A stretch of DNA of 64,000 nucleotides from Selaginella moellendorffii (GCF_000143415.4 NW_003314271.1:496001-560000), one strand, 5' to 3'; counted from the stretch's first letter, positions 37,926 through 51,124 are shown. Numbers and translations are program-made. The notes: generated by a model from the sequence alone, not told the origin.

Positions 37926-39573
37926 GGTATATCCACTCCCTACAGATTTTGCTTAAGCAAACCAAAAATCAAATCTAAAACTATTTTGTAATGTAATTTT
38001 TATGATTGATATTTAATATACTTAAAATATATATAATAGTATTAAGCTTAGATTTGGGCCTTTATATTAGACCTAACTAAAAATTTAACAGAACTACTAG
38101 ACGTGGCTTGAAAAAATAGATTGAAATATTTAATATTTTATCTATAAGCATATAAAAACTAAGATGCTAATAATCTTCTATAATTAGTATGTGATCACAT
38201 AGTAGCAAGCTTGGCAATAGAAGGTACAGAAGGATCAACCCTTATTAGAACTGTTGACCTAAACCTCCTAGAGGATGTGGTGAGATGAATGAATATATGC
38301 AACATGAATTGAGCAGCTCAAACTCTGGACATGGCAAACTTTTCAACAATGGTTCAGTGATAGGATAGTGGACACTGTAGGCTACAAGATTTACAGAGGC
38401 AACAATAGAATCTACATCAATAGAAATTATTCATGGTTCAAACATGGGTTTAACATCACAATTTGGTTTAGTAAACGTAAAATGACAGTCTAAACAACAT
38501 CAAGGCAAAGGAATTGTACCTGGAGATGAAGGAGATTTACGTTTACCCTCTTCGGGTACCCCTAGAGGCACCGCCATTTTCCCGCCGGTCATTAAACCAC
38601 AGAGTAAACTCTCATAAATGGCGACACCCTCAAATCACTCAACGTGGAACTCCAGAAAACAAAAGGAACATAAAGAATTACGGTAGAGAAGAATATCTTT
38701 GTCAAAGCACAGATAACCACCACGGCAAACAAGCCAATCTCAAGACCTGGGCGTATCACATCAATCTAAGGCGGTGGCCAGCAAGCTTTCGCCACCTTAA
38801 TTAACCCGGCTTAGTCACCCACTTAATTAGCTCCAAGCCGTTCCGGTGCCCCACACCAGAAGCACCACCTCCAACATGCTGCTATCAAAGATCTGATCCT
38901 CAAGCCTGCTTCCGTACTGTTGTCCTCAGCCTTTGACAAAAACACGATAACACTCTCGCTGTCAAATAGAATAAGTAAAATGTATAAAAGAAAAAAATAC
39001 ATTGGAGCAGTGATTTTAGCAGCAGCAGCAGCGGGCAGCGGCAGTAGCAGTGGTAGCAGCAGCAAAAGATTTGCAGGAAGGTGTGAGTGTCTGTGAGAAA
39101 AATCTGAGAGCTCTCCACTCCAAATCTTTCTTTACCACCGCGAATTATAAGCAAAGGCCAGTTGAAAGTTCCTCGCAGTCAGTGGTGAGAGTGAGAGAGC
39201 GAGCGAGCGAGCGAGCGAGCATCCAGGCATGCACCAGCGATATCTTGACAGCACCAGGCACTATGTGTCTCACCCCAAGGTTTGCATCATCACGGATTAA
39301 AGAAACTACAGGAAAGAAAAGACCAAACTATAAGAGTATTAGTATACTGCTTAGAAACGAGAAACGAGAGAGAACGATACCTCCAGAATCGTAGTCCACT
39401 TGTCCAAAGAGCTCTCGAGGACTCGTCCCCGCTACAGAAACTTATCAGTTAGAGAACCGACCAACAGCGAGAAAAGAGGAAAGGAAAACCATTGACAAGG
39501 AAAAAGAAAGAAAGAAAAAAGAACCAGCGACCGCTCTAATCTCGATAAGTTACGCCGTGTGATCTTGCCCGTT

Positions 39574-40636
39574 TCAGCTTAACGGGGACCTGTGAGGCGT
39601 GCTCTTCCGCCGACCTCCTCCCGATGAGAAAACTGCTGTGGCAGCCGCGGCTACAACTTGCTTGATCCCCCGCGAGCTTCGAACTTTCTTCCGCGCGGGC
39701 GCAGCTTTAGCCGCTGCTGGTGGCGGCGTGGATGATGTCGTCGCGGTGGAGGTCACTGCGTAGGAGCTGCCATCGTTGGCTGTGGAACCCGAGGATGTAT
39801 CAGAGTCCTGGTCCTCGAGGATGGAATTTGGAGATAGCTCCTCGTCGTCGGGCTTGTCGTCGTCCTTGGAGCTTCCCGCTGGAGAGACTGGGAAATCCGA
39901 GAGCTGCAGCGAGTTGCAGCGAGGGAGGAGGCTCGCGAGATCGTTCCCTTGTTTGCAGGCAGCATCAACCTGATTGATCGAAAGAGAGTGAGCCTCACAA
40001 TCAATGAGCGGAGTACCTTGCATCCAACTGAGCAGTAACGGTATGACTCTTGCAAGCTTCGATCGCACGTCTCGCAGACATTGCCAAGGCCTTTCGGTGG
40101 TCGCGGCTGTGGCCTTTGGTTCAAGAAAACTACTCTAGCGCTGTTGATTATGTAAGTCTGCCAAAGGAGAAGAGAAAGCCATGAATCTACAAAGATTTTT
40201 CACTCGAATTTGCACAAATCTTACCTGTACATGCGAGCAATCGACGAGCTTCTGGATGTCATGCAGCCGGATTACATCGTGATAGACGTATCTGCGAACC
40301 TGGAATAGAAACACCATTCCCCCGGAATTAGAAATCCTCTAGCCGAGAAACCGAAGAAAAGAGAGAAGCAACGAAACAAAAAAAAACCAAGCGATCAAGA
40401 AATTTCTTCCTCCCCATGGCCGATCGAACCTGCAAGAGCTTGTGATTCCTGTGGCTGGAGAGGCAGTGCTGGCAAATGCTCCCCGTGCAATCGACGCAGA
40501 AGATATTTCGCTCGTTCTTCTTGAGCGCCGCGTGCCTGGCGCACGCTGTGAAGAATTTCTCGCTCAGCAGAGATTCCAGCCACGCCGGCTTGAGCTGCTG
40601 GGGCACAACCGAGAGATTGGAGCCCGAGGCCTGCAT
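39574..40636 (-). CDS. PLATZ transcription factor, 4 exons
   Basis: [33 protein letters not shown]; [12 protein letters not shown]; [13 protein letters not shown]; [17 protein letters not shown]; [12 protein letters not shown]. Confidence 0.93.
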
Positions 40637-41456
40637 AATCCGGGAGCGCTCCAAGCTTCCCACTCGATTTACATTACCGCGCGGCGCCGATCGAAGCGAA
40701 AACCTCTCAAAATCTCCCTCCCCTAAGCGCGTCGCCGCCGCTACGCCTTCTTCTTCCCTGTCTAGAATGAATAGCTAAAATGTGGCTTCTCCTCCTCCAC
40801 CTCCTCCAAGTAAATGACCATATAAATCCTTTAATCTTTCCTGTCAAGCGAAAACAAATCCCAGCCGTCCGTCGCGGCCCATCCGACGGTGGAAGTGACC
40901 CATTGTGCGAGCAGTCAGGAGGAAAACCATGTAGACCGCGCGGTGCCACCGCGCGGTCGCCCTTTCCCGCGCGTTCAAATTCGGCGATCGTACAACATTG
41001 GTACGTGTGGGGGTCAATGTCAGGCGAGCATTTCCGGGGCTCGATGGCATCCCAGCCGTCCACGTGGCACCCCTAGCCCGACCTACCAGAGCCGACGTTC
41101 GAGTCCAGTCAACAGCCGGCATTATCAATCACATTTTCCTTATTGTAAAGATTTGTGCAATCTTTCAGGTCGGCAAGCCCAAAGTTCCACCAAAGTTTTT
41201 TCCGAAAGTTTCAAAACTTGCTGCTGGATTTGGATCAAAGCTCGAGCCGATCGAGTTTTGATCACCGGGTGATCGTAGCTAACAGCAGCATGACCAAGTA
41301 AAAACCTTTGTATAGAGCGAAAAGAAAAAGAGAAGAGAGAAGAGGGAAGAAGAGATTAAGAACCATGCATGCATATTATTTTCCTCCGTAGCGTGTGCGT
41401 CGACGACAATGGCGATGGCGATCGTCGATGGCGATGGCGATGGCCTGGCCGCAATG

Positions 41457-42068
41457 TTACAGTATCGAACAAGAACACTTGTTGTGCTTGGAAGAGTCGG
41501 ATGGATGCTTCTCTGCGAAGACCACAACAAAAAAAAGAGAGACGAACAAAGCGTTAGTGGGATCTCGCCAGAGAAAGCGTTTGATCGAAGGAAATACTTT
41601 ACCACCTCCTTTGTCAGTGGACGGGGGTCGAACCACGACGTGCATTGTTATCACTCCACCGGGAAGCTCTCCAACGGGGACTCTTGATTCTGACAATGTC
41701 TTGTTGTTCTCAAGCACCTTGCCAGCATTGATCAATTTCATGTCATTCACCGACTTTGGACCATTCTCTTTCTCTGAATATGCAATGAATCCGATGATCA
41801 AAGAGAGCTCCTAGAAGAAGAAGTTAAAGGAAAAACAAGGACGCAAGGAGACAATCACGCAAAGATATGCAAGAAAAACCATGTCACCCAGGAAAATGTA
41901 AGGGGGAGAGAGAGAAAAAAAAATTTAAGTACCTTGTGGCCACTGTGCGATGATACTCTCCTTCAACGTGGCGATGGTCGTGGCGGGAGCATACTTGTAA
42001 GGCCCGATGTCGGAGCCATCGCTGAGCCGGAATTTGAGCTCCAGCAATTCTTGCCCCGCTGCTGCCAT
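41457..42068 (-). CDS. MUB: Membrane-anchored ubiquitin-fold protein
   Basis: ELKFRLSDGSDIGP; KLINAGKVLENNKTL; VITMHVVVRP; C-terminal CaaX CSIL*. Confidence 0.93.
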
Positions 42069-42646
42069 TTCCTGATCTAGAAATTCAAGAATTCCGCTGC
42101 GTCACGATCCTAGCTCTATACATTTGACGGACCAGCTCCAGCCAATTCCCACCAAAAGAATGAGCTAGATCTGCGACCTAACTAATCTGCGCATCTGGAG
42201 CAGCCAAGCCGACTATCATCAACACCGAGAGCGCGGGCGCCGACCACCGGATTTCCTCGCCAAGATCTCCGATTTCCAGCCTTACCTCGGAAATCCAAGC
42301 CGCGCGATCGCTCGGGGACGACGACGACGCGGCCGATGCGCGTCACTGCTGCTGCTCCACGCGCGTGCGCGTCACAATCCCCAAGCCGCCATAGCGCCGC
42401 CCAGCCCTAGGCGGCAACCCCTCTCCCCAACAAGAAAGACTCCTCCCACTAGGGTTTCTTCCTGGCTGTAGTGGCAAGCAACCGAGATGGAAGGGAAAGC
42501 TCATATAATACGAGAGCCCGTCCGTACGGCACCCGAGTTCTGGCGCGCGAAATACGGAATGGGCCGCCGCCAGAATATACCTCGCCTGCCAGCTGGCGTG
42601 ACACGTCTGTTTAGAATATTTTTCGAATATACTTCTCTTTTTTCTT

Positions 42647-43495
42647 TTAGCGCTCCATAGTCCACAATAAGTCCACGTCCGACTGGACTTTCACCACTTC
42701 GTTCTCCACGACGTTGCAAGTGCTGATGAGCGATCCAATCGCCATTGCCGTGGAGTCGAGATTCCATCGCAGTCCGGTAGTGGTGGAACTCTGGGATCGC
42801 TCGCCCAGGGGGACGAGACCACAATGCGCGCCAACTCTCGCCCTAATCTCGTGGAGGACGCCGTGGCGGAGGAGGAACACTAGATTCTCGTCGCTGGCCA
42901 GGCAGATCCTCAAGCCCGGGAACGCGAACAGCACATTCAAGTTGCCAAGCTCGTGATCGAATCGCCCGCCCAGCGCGCCCAGCACGACGATCCTCTCCAC
43001 TTCGTCGCCGCGCGAGGAATCTCTTAGGAAGCTCACGCATTTGTGGAGATCCGTGGAGTCCTGATCACTGGACATGTCCAGGATCTCGCTGCCCTGCGCG
43101 CAATTCGCGTACTTTCAGCTCTGCTCGACGCGAATTTAAGCTCATACCTTGGAGGCGTAGATCTCCCGGATGCTGGGCTCGATAGAATCCAAATCGCCGA
43201 CAATGTGATCCGGGACGAATCTAAAGAAAGTGATTTGATCAAGCAAACCTTCTCAACAACACAACCTTTCGGCAGGGGAGGGCATCTCGCGATACACTCG
43301 ATTGGCTCCTCCATCCGCGCAAACGCGCACTCGAGCTGGAAGAACATTCCAATTGATTCAAATAGATTCGCAATCAATCCACTCACCCAGCTCCCACAAA
43401 ATGGGGGCCTCCTTTGGCAGAGTATTGTTGAGAATGACAAGCGCGAAGCTCCCCCGGGAGAAGAAATCTCTGTGTTCCAACACCGTCCCCTCCAT
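42647..43495 (-). CDS. TPK: Thiamin pyrophosphokinase, multi-exon
   Basis: ALVILN, CADGGANR, PDHIVGDLDS, DQDSTDLHKC, GALGGRFDH, TTTGLRWNL, LISTCN. Confidence 0.93.
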
Positions 43496-43556
43496 CGCGT
43501 AGCCCTAAAAACCAGTCAATCTACCTAAGGAAAAGGGCAAAAAGTCAACGGTCCAA

Positions 43557-44918
43557 CTATTCCTCAGAATGGGGCTCCGTGCCGTGGACGCGGACCCGAT
43601 ACAAGCACGTATGCGTAGAGCTCCCGTAGTTTGACACAACGTGGACTCTGACTGTGTTGACCAGAAGCTTTGACGCGGTCTTGTAGAGCCGAAAGGTCTG
43701 GACGCTGGAGCTCTCAATATCATACCTGAATGATCCCAGCAAGACCCTCTCGCCCTTCTTGTGCGCCGCGGAGGCCTCCAGCCAGCCAAACACCTGGAAA
43801 TCTCTCGGGGCGCTCCCGGTGTCATAGGCAACCCTCTGTTAGATCCACCAGAAGAAGCACGGAATGAGAGAGATCGATCCTTTCTAAGCGATGGTCTATC
43901 GATCGGTCGAAAGTGCTGCTAGCTAGCAGTGGCAACGATCGAGAGCCGAGAGGATTACCTTTGAGACGTGCTCGAGCGTGATGGAGTCCGCGTAGATGGC
44001 GGTGCGCAGCCGGATGTCCACGAAAACGTTGCTCCCTTTGAGCGGGAGGCACTGCCCGGGCTCGCCAAAGCTGGGCTCCAGGATCTTGTTGGCCTTGGGA
44101 TGGCGGCGGTAGTCCCCGGGAAGAATGCCCAGCAATCCCGACCAGGGAGTGAGCGAGAAGTAGCCCTCCGAGTAGTCGATCACTCTCCCGCCGCCGATGG
44201 CCAGCGCGTAGTCTGTTCTTCCGATCCCGTCCGCCCTGTGCCTCTCCAGCTCGTCCTCGATGATCTTCTTGGCGGCGGCGCGGACGTCGTCCAGGCTGAG
44301 CGCCTTGCCCGATCCATCCGTGGCGCGATCGTCCGCCGCGCTTCCAATCAGCTGTAGTGTCTCCTGGCGAGTGAGGATCCCCTCTTGCTTGAGGAAGTTG
44401 AGCGACGATTCGATGCTGTCCATCTGGGATTTGAGGTTGTGGACCTTGGAGGCGATCGAGAAGGCCTCGGCGTCGATCATGTGTTCCACGTCGCGCTTGA
44501 GCCCCGCCATCTCCTTCCCGATCTTCATGTCGATGAGATCCAGCTGGGCTTGCATCCACTTGGTGGACTTGCGCAGCATCGAATCCATCTCCGCGAATTC
44601 CCTCGCGGATGGCACCAATCCCCCGCCCGCCGACTGTGATTCCTGCCAGTTCCAAAACGTGCTGATCAATCCCAGCACCACCACCAGCGCCACGAATCCC
44701 CACGAGAAGAAATGCCCCACGAGATCCCAGGCCGTGACATCAATCATCTCCGCCGGGGCCTCCGCCAGTGATGATCGCCGGATGGGCGACTTGGAGGGCC
44801 GGGCTTGCTTCCTGGATCGCGTCACCGGGCGATGGGTCTCTGCGGCGGCCTTTTGAGAGGTGGTCGATCTAGTGCTGGATCGTCTCGTTGTTCTTCCCGA
44901 AGTTCCTGGAGGAGCCAT
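43557..44918 (-). CDS. C-terminal SUN-domain inner nuclear envelope protein (SUN1/2-type), 2 exons
   Basis: Basic N-terminus, TM FFSWGFVALVVVLGLI, coiled coil, ADGIGRTDYALA, PSFGEPGQCLPLKG, TLEHVSK, SNYG..HTCLYRVRVHG. Confidence 0.93.
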
Positions 44919-45340
44919 CGTCACCAATTCTTTGCTCCTAGCCCCAGCTTGATCTCGATCCCCTGCCGCTCCTTCTGCCGCTACTCCTGCCAATCTCGCC
45001 GCCCCGAAGATGGAAGCCGGAGGAGGGCAGACGATCGCGGAAGCCATTCGCATCACGCCATCAGCTTCTCACGCCGCGATCGCAACTTGCAATTCCTCCA
45101 ATCCATCGATTCAAGCGATCGATGGCGCTGCCCTAGAAAACCAAGAAGAAATCACAACTAACCGAAAGAAATGACGTGGCGTGGATGCGTCCACGTCGGC
45201 ATTTCGTGCTATGACATGCCCGGGAGACGTCGTCATCGCCATAGCTGAAATATCCCTTCTTTCTTTCTCGATACCAATCAGCCCTAATGTGGTGCATGGC
45301 GCAGCGCTAGGGTTCTTGGAGACGCCGGCACCCTCCGGCT

Positions 45341-48300
45341 ATGGCCGACGCCGCTAGCAACGAGGTACGTGATCCGAATCTCGGGGACGCTGCTACCGCC
45401 GCGGCTGCGGCCATTCCTACTGCCGTGAGATCGCTGCTGCCATCGGCGGCCTCCAGCGCCTTCGCAAGCTCCAGTAGGGTTTCCGAGGCCGGGGACGCTG
45501 TGGTTAGGGATGGACAGGGCCGATCTTTCTCCGTTCCGGCAAGGATGGGTCTTTCTTGCTCGATGGAATTGCCAGGAATCTCCTTCGAGGACTCGTCGGC
45601 TGCTCCCGCGAGCTTGCTTGGCTCCGCCAATTCTCTGGAGAACTCTGGGGTGACATCGGTGGATTGCAGTAGCCTGGCTGGGACGAGCAATGGGGATCTC
45701 GAGTCCATTCCGGGCTTGGTGACGGAGGGGCATTCGTCCATGGAGTTGGAGAGGTCCTTGAATCAATCGGCTGTAGAGGGCGCATTCACTTACGAGTGTA
45801 TGGACGCCTCGTCGCCGGATCCTCACCACGATTACCAAGAAGCGCTCGGGTCTTACCAGCAGTCGGAGGGACTTTTTCCAGCAGCGGGTGCTTCGGATGA
45901 TTCCACTTCGCCATCTCTTGCCCAGGGCTCTTGCGCGGTGAATTCGGCGTTCTTCGAGGCGTCTGGATCGGTGGAGTTAGAGACTAGGTCCAGTCCTGTA
46001 GATGGTACGCAGTCTGCTTCTGCTGCTCTGGTGAGGGCAGTGACTTTGCTGGATCCCTCGTCTCCTACGGCTGTGAAGCGCTCGAAAGATCTCATAGCTT
46101 CCACTCGCTCGAGTATTCCCGGTGAGAAGAGAGCTGCTGTTCCCCCGAAGAAGCCAGCTGATGTAGAGAAGGAAGAAGAAGCAATGCAATTACCATCTTT
46201 GCAAGAGCTACAGGAGAAGCTTGGAGCACAGAGAAAGGTCTTCGAGAGTCAAGTTGACGAGCTGCAAAGTCTTCTAAAAGTCCAATACAGCCTCACTGGA
46301 GCGAACCCCCTTTACCTAGAAATGGTATCGTTTCTCTTACTTCGTCAACAATTATGTATTGACGTGTGTTACGGTTTTCCCAGGGTACTTCTGTGCTCGG
46401 CCCTCGAGCAGGTAAACATCTCATGTTTGCAATGCACTTAGCGAGAGTAAACGTTTTGCAGTTAAAAGGCCTGAAGATTCACTGCTGCCAGAGGCCCAGA
46501 GGTTGCTACGAGATGTATTTGCCCTCAAAGACACGGTCACCAAAAAAGAAGTGCTGGAACTTAGTGCCCTCACGGGTGCTGCGCGGACTCACGTATGTTA
46601 TTCTGGAAGTTGTGTCTTGTATAAGGTTTTATTTGATCTTGTTTGCTTTTACTGTAGGTCAATGACTTCTTCACGGGGCAACAGTCTCGTGTGAAGAGGC
46701 TGATACAAATGGCAACCGATGATACCGGAAAGGTTGACGTGAGCAGTACCGCGGAGTACACCCAGTCGCAGTTTTTCCCGACAAATACAAGCTCTCTGAC
46801 AACGCTGAGCTCATTAGAGGCGTTCGAAAAGCTTCTAGATCACATGCGTGCAGAGAAGTCATTCACTGGCCAGTCGAATCTCCTTCAACTTATTTTGGAA
46901 GCGGACTTTGTTCCGGGACTTCGCTTGTGAGTTTCAATATGTTAGATATTATGTTGGTTATTTTCATACTCTTTGACTTTGCAGTTTCTTAGAGAACGGT
47001 GGCTTGCGTGTTTTGGCCAAGTGGTTGACTCAGGCAGCTTCTGAAGAACAGACGAGTCTCGTCAGGTTAATATTGAAGGTAAGTAAAATGTTTCTTTTAC
47101 TTGTAACGCATTTTATGATTCGGCCCTTCAGGCTCTTCTACACTTGCCGATGATCCATGCTATTCCGGCCCATGTCTCTCCACTTGTTCAGATAATGACC
47201 AAGCTTCGGCTGTATTTTGCAACAGGTACCTTGCCATTTGTCATAAAGATAACTCACAGTGATTGTACGTATTAGACGTTGCTTCGAGAGCACGCACGTT
47301 ATTAGCAAAATGGTCAAAGATTTTTGCACGAAATGGAGTTGGAAAATTAGCGGTGCAAGCGGCAGAGCCTGGTAATGCTTCTAATCTTATTTGCAAGCTT
47401 CTGGTTCTTACTTCCTCTGTCTTCCTTCCCTTTCAGCTGGTGTTTCAGGCGCACTTGGACAAAGCAGGTACTGGCTTGTATGCAAAAGTGTTTGGATGCT
47501 TTACGATTCAAGCTCATTTGTGCAGCTCGAGTGGACCGTCTGTTGGTCCGGACAAGAAGAAGCTTAAGACCGGTATCATTGTCATTGCTATGGTGTATTG
47601 TTCTAATTTTGTCTCAAAATTCAGAAACCAGCCCCGTTTCGGATGCGCAGAATGCGCAGAGGGCGCAGCAAAACAAGGTGTTGGCTCAGCCAAACTTAAA
47701 AGGATTGGACATGTCGGAGAGGCCATCCTCTAGCTCAAATTTGCGGTAAGAAGAATTTTAAATTTTAGTTCTCTAATTAATAGTGTTTTTAGCAGGAGAT
47801 CTCTACAAACCGTCGATGACCCCGTACTTGCCACCCAGGCTTCGAAAAAGAAACTTGCTGAACGTAGGTTTCAGGTTTTTCTTTTTAATCCTCTTAAGGT
47901 TCTTGGTTGTCATTTTGCAGATGGCAAAGAGAAAAGACGAGTCGTTCTCGTGGAGGAGCTTACTGCAACGACAAGACGTATCAGAGATGCTAATGCGAGG
48001 AAGCCTTCTATAACGGATAAAGGATCACGGCCTCTTTCGGCAGATGACATACAGAAAGCTAAAATGCGGGCGCGCTTACTTCAAGGATCTAATCCAAATG
48101 CGGTGAACTCAAACCGTGGTAGTCAAGCCGTGGCACCCGATGGCAGCCCGCAAGAATCGATTCCTCCGACCGCTCCCGTTCAAGATTCAGCTTTGCAAGA
48201 TTTAGCTATGCCAACTGCGCCACAAAAGGTGGAATATTTCAAGCCCGTACAAGAGTCACCTCCGTTGAAGGTTCCAACGACAGAGTATTTCAAACCGCTT

Positions 48301-49634
48301 CAGGAAGTAACACCAGCAACTCCGCCAAAGGTTCCTTTCGCGGAGTTCTTTAAACCGGCACCACCTCAGGAGTTGACACCGTCAATCCCGCTGGACGCAC
48401 CACGGGCGCTTCAAATTGCAGAGCTTCTGAAGCGTGTAACCCCTTGGAGCATACCCCGAGGTAATGGCTGTTTATCTTCCTTTGTTCGGTCTCTAACTGG
48501 TTTCTTATCTTCTTAGTGTTTACCGTGGATCCGCAATGGACTGTTGCCGTTGGGGAAGAAAGTAAGGAGAAGGAGGTTCAATCCATGCGTGTGAAGCGTG
48601 AAGTGGAAGAGTTCTACTCTGACCCAGGCCTGATCCCCGAGAATCCAAGGGATCCATGGGACGTAGAGCCGGACTACGACGACTCCCTGACCCTCCAAGT
48701 TCCACTGGAAGATGCACAGGACAAGGCAGAAGGTACAACAATCCCGCAAGCTCCAGAACCACCTCAGGCGGCTACCGCAAGTGCCCCGGCTCACGACCCC
48801 GAGCTGCTGGCACTGCTACTGAGGAATCCAGCGCTGGTGTCCGAGCTCACGTCCGGCGTAAAGCCTGACAGCACTCTCAAGCCGGTAAGTTGCATTCATT
48901 TCTTCTTCTTCTTTTGGAGCACGGCTTACACGCTGGTGTGTTGGTTTTGGCAGCTCCAACCTGTGCAGGCCGGTGGCGTAGCATCGCTTCTTCACGGCAT
49001 CCAACAACAACAACAGCAGCAGGTAATGTCTCATCAGTTCCAAAGAGATTCCGCTCCTCCACAGCCACCACAGTTCCAGCCGCAGGGTCTGGAGCTCCCG
49101 TACCGAGAAAGAGAGCAGCAGCAGCAGCAGCAGCCATTCTACCTCCCAGGTTCGACGAGTTCTTTAGTAGTGGCACCGCAAGCTCCAAATGCCGGAGACG
49201 CTACTGGGCGAGTTCCATGGAATGCTCTTGAGATGTTCCAGGCCCAGGCAAAGGGCGGCGGCGGCGGCGGCGGCGGTGGTGTTGGTGGCTATGGTGGTAG
49301 CGGTGGTGGTGGCGGTGGTGGCGGCGGTGGGTTTAGCAATCTCGTCCCACCGGCCAGAGATTTCAATGCAAATGCCAATGGAGGAAACCCGCAACTTTGG
49401 AACCGAGTAAGTAATAATAATGTGTCGTTTGGCCAGCATCACCACCAACATCATCATCATGCTCATCATCATCAAGGCATGGAAATGAGATCGTCCCTGG
49501 CGCATAATTTAGATGGGTCTGCTAGATTCGCAAGGCCGCCGCCACCCCATCCTCCACAACACCACCAACAAAGCAGCTGGTTTAATAATAATAATCATAC
49601 TAGGAGCTCCATACCGCCGCGGCCTGGCTGGTAA
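45341..49634 (+). CDS. LD: Homeobox protein LUMINIDEPENDENS with long N-terminal extension, multi-exon
   Basis: QRKVFESQVDELQ..LTGANPL..EM; FALKDTVTKKE homeodomain; RPLSADDIQKAKMRA; PRDPWDVEPDYDDSLT; DPELLALLLRNPALV. Start codon uncertain. Confidence 0.88.
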
Positions 49635-50102
49635 CATACCAAATTTTTGGAAAGAATGGCATTTTATTTTTATCTTTTTCTTACTTTCCGTTTTAAATAA
49701 AAAGAATTTCAAATTTAAATTATAAAAGGAGTAACTGTTTTCTTGGGTAAATTAGACACTTTATTTTAAGAAACATTATTTTAAAATAATTTAAAAGAAA
49801 TGGAAACATTGTTTATAAGAAAGGGAGTTTTCTTTAAAGCTAAAGGTTTTGTTAAGGTTAACTTTGTTTAATGTGAGACTTTCCCTTTTACCATTTTAGG
49901 CAAAGTGAAAAAGTAGCCGTTGCGGTGAGGTGGCGATCCAACGGCCACGATGCCCGGGCATTGGCCACGTGGACGGCCGGCTGGACTGTTTTGGAGCTTA
50001 GCGTGTCGCTCGCCATGTATAATCGATTATTCCCATCTCTTCTCTCGTGACGGACGCGCTTTCTTCTTCTTCTTGTTCTTCATCGTCTCCTCCGGAGCTC
50101 CA

Positions 50103-50732
50103 ATGGCGATGGCGAAGAACAGGGTAAGGAGGAAGATGTGTGACAGGGTCGAGGAGCTGGAAGAGGTGGATCGGCATCCCCTGCTGGTGCACCATCGCCG
50201 CCGCCGCCCGGCGCCGCGGAAATTCGCGTCACCGCTCCCCAATTTCTCGCCCGCGCGGAGCTCGAGCGCCAAGAACAGTGGCAGTGGCAATGGAGCAAGC
50301 TCCTCGATTCTATCGTGCGTGGGGCTGAGCGGTGAGGGCAAGCGAGGCAAGAATCTCGTCACGCTCGTGGTGGGCGAGGAGGAGAGGGCATTTAGGGTAG
50401 AGCCACAGATCCTGGATCACGGAGTCGTCCAGTGCTTGCTGGAGAAGACGACGCGCTGCGAGGCGATCGATCGCGAGTGGCGAGAGGCGGAAGAGATCGA
50501 GGAGGAGGGGGATAGCGCGTTGTTCGCCGCGCTGGATGGATCTAGCGTCCGTCGCTCATGGTCCATGGATCACCACCACCACCACCACCAACGTCATCGC
50601 CACCCCCACCGCCGAGTGATTCGTGTCGATTGCGATGCGATCCTGTTCGAGCACATCCTGTGGCTGCTTGGGAGGGACGATCCATCGCTGCGGCACTTGA
50701 ATGTGGACGAGCTCATGGAATTCTACTCGTGA
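50103..50732 (+). CDS. SAUR-like auxin-responsive protein (SAUR76-78-like C-terminus), intronless
   Basis: VTLVVGEEERAFRV..ILDH..VQCLLE; IRVDCDAILFEHILWLL; VDELMEFYS*. Confidence 0.8.
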   Translation: MAMAKNRVRRKMCDRVEELEEVDRHPLLVHHRRRRPAPRKFASPLPNFSPARSSSAKNSGSGNGASSSILSCVGLSGEGKRGKNLVTLVVGEEERAFRVEPQILDHGVVQCLLEKTTRCEAIDREWREAEEIEEEGDSALFAALDGSSVRRSWSMDHHHHHHQRHRHPHRRVIRVDCDAILFEHILWLLGRDDPSLRHLNVDELMEFYS

Positions 50733-51124
50733 TTCGGCAGGAAGAGGAGAACCAAACAGAAAATCGCGATGGTTCCTCCGGATTGCATAGATCAAGCTTC
50801 GAATTACTACGAGTTTCGCGGCTCCAAGTCCTCTAGCCTCTGGATTTAACCTCCATAGCTCACAAGGATCGAGCAAATAACCGTCTAGAGGTTTGTCATG
50901 ATCGATCGAACACTAGAAAAAACTTTGGAAGATATCGCAAGGATTTTGTCAAACAAATCATAAGCTGTATGACATTTCTTATTCTATTGCTTTTAGACGA
51001 CGACCCGAGCTTTCAGCCATGGTCTCGCAAATCCTACACACGTTTTTGCCAGAAGGAGCTAGCTAGCTCGTCGAGAGATGGAGAACAAAAAAAAGGAGGC
51101 CGGAGAGTCAGCTCTCTCGATCGA

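Noticed and set aside
38930-38968. miR156-like TGACAGCGAGAGTG hairpin
   Set aside because: Stem far too short and the 3' half of the mature sequence diverges.
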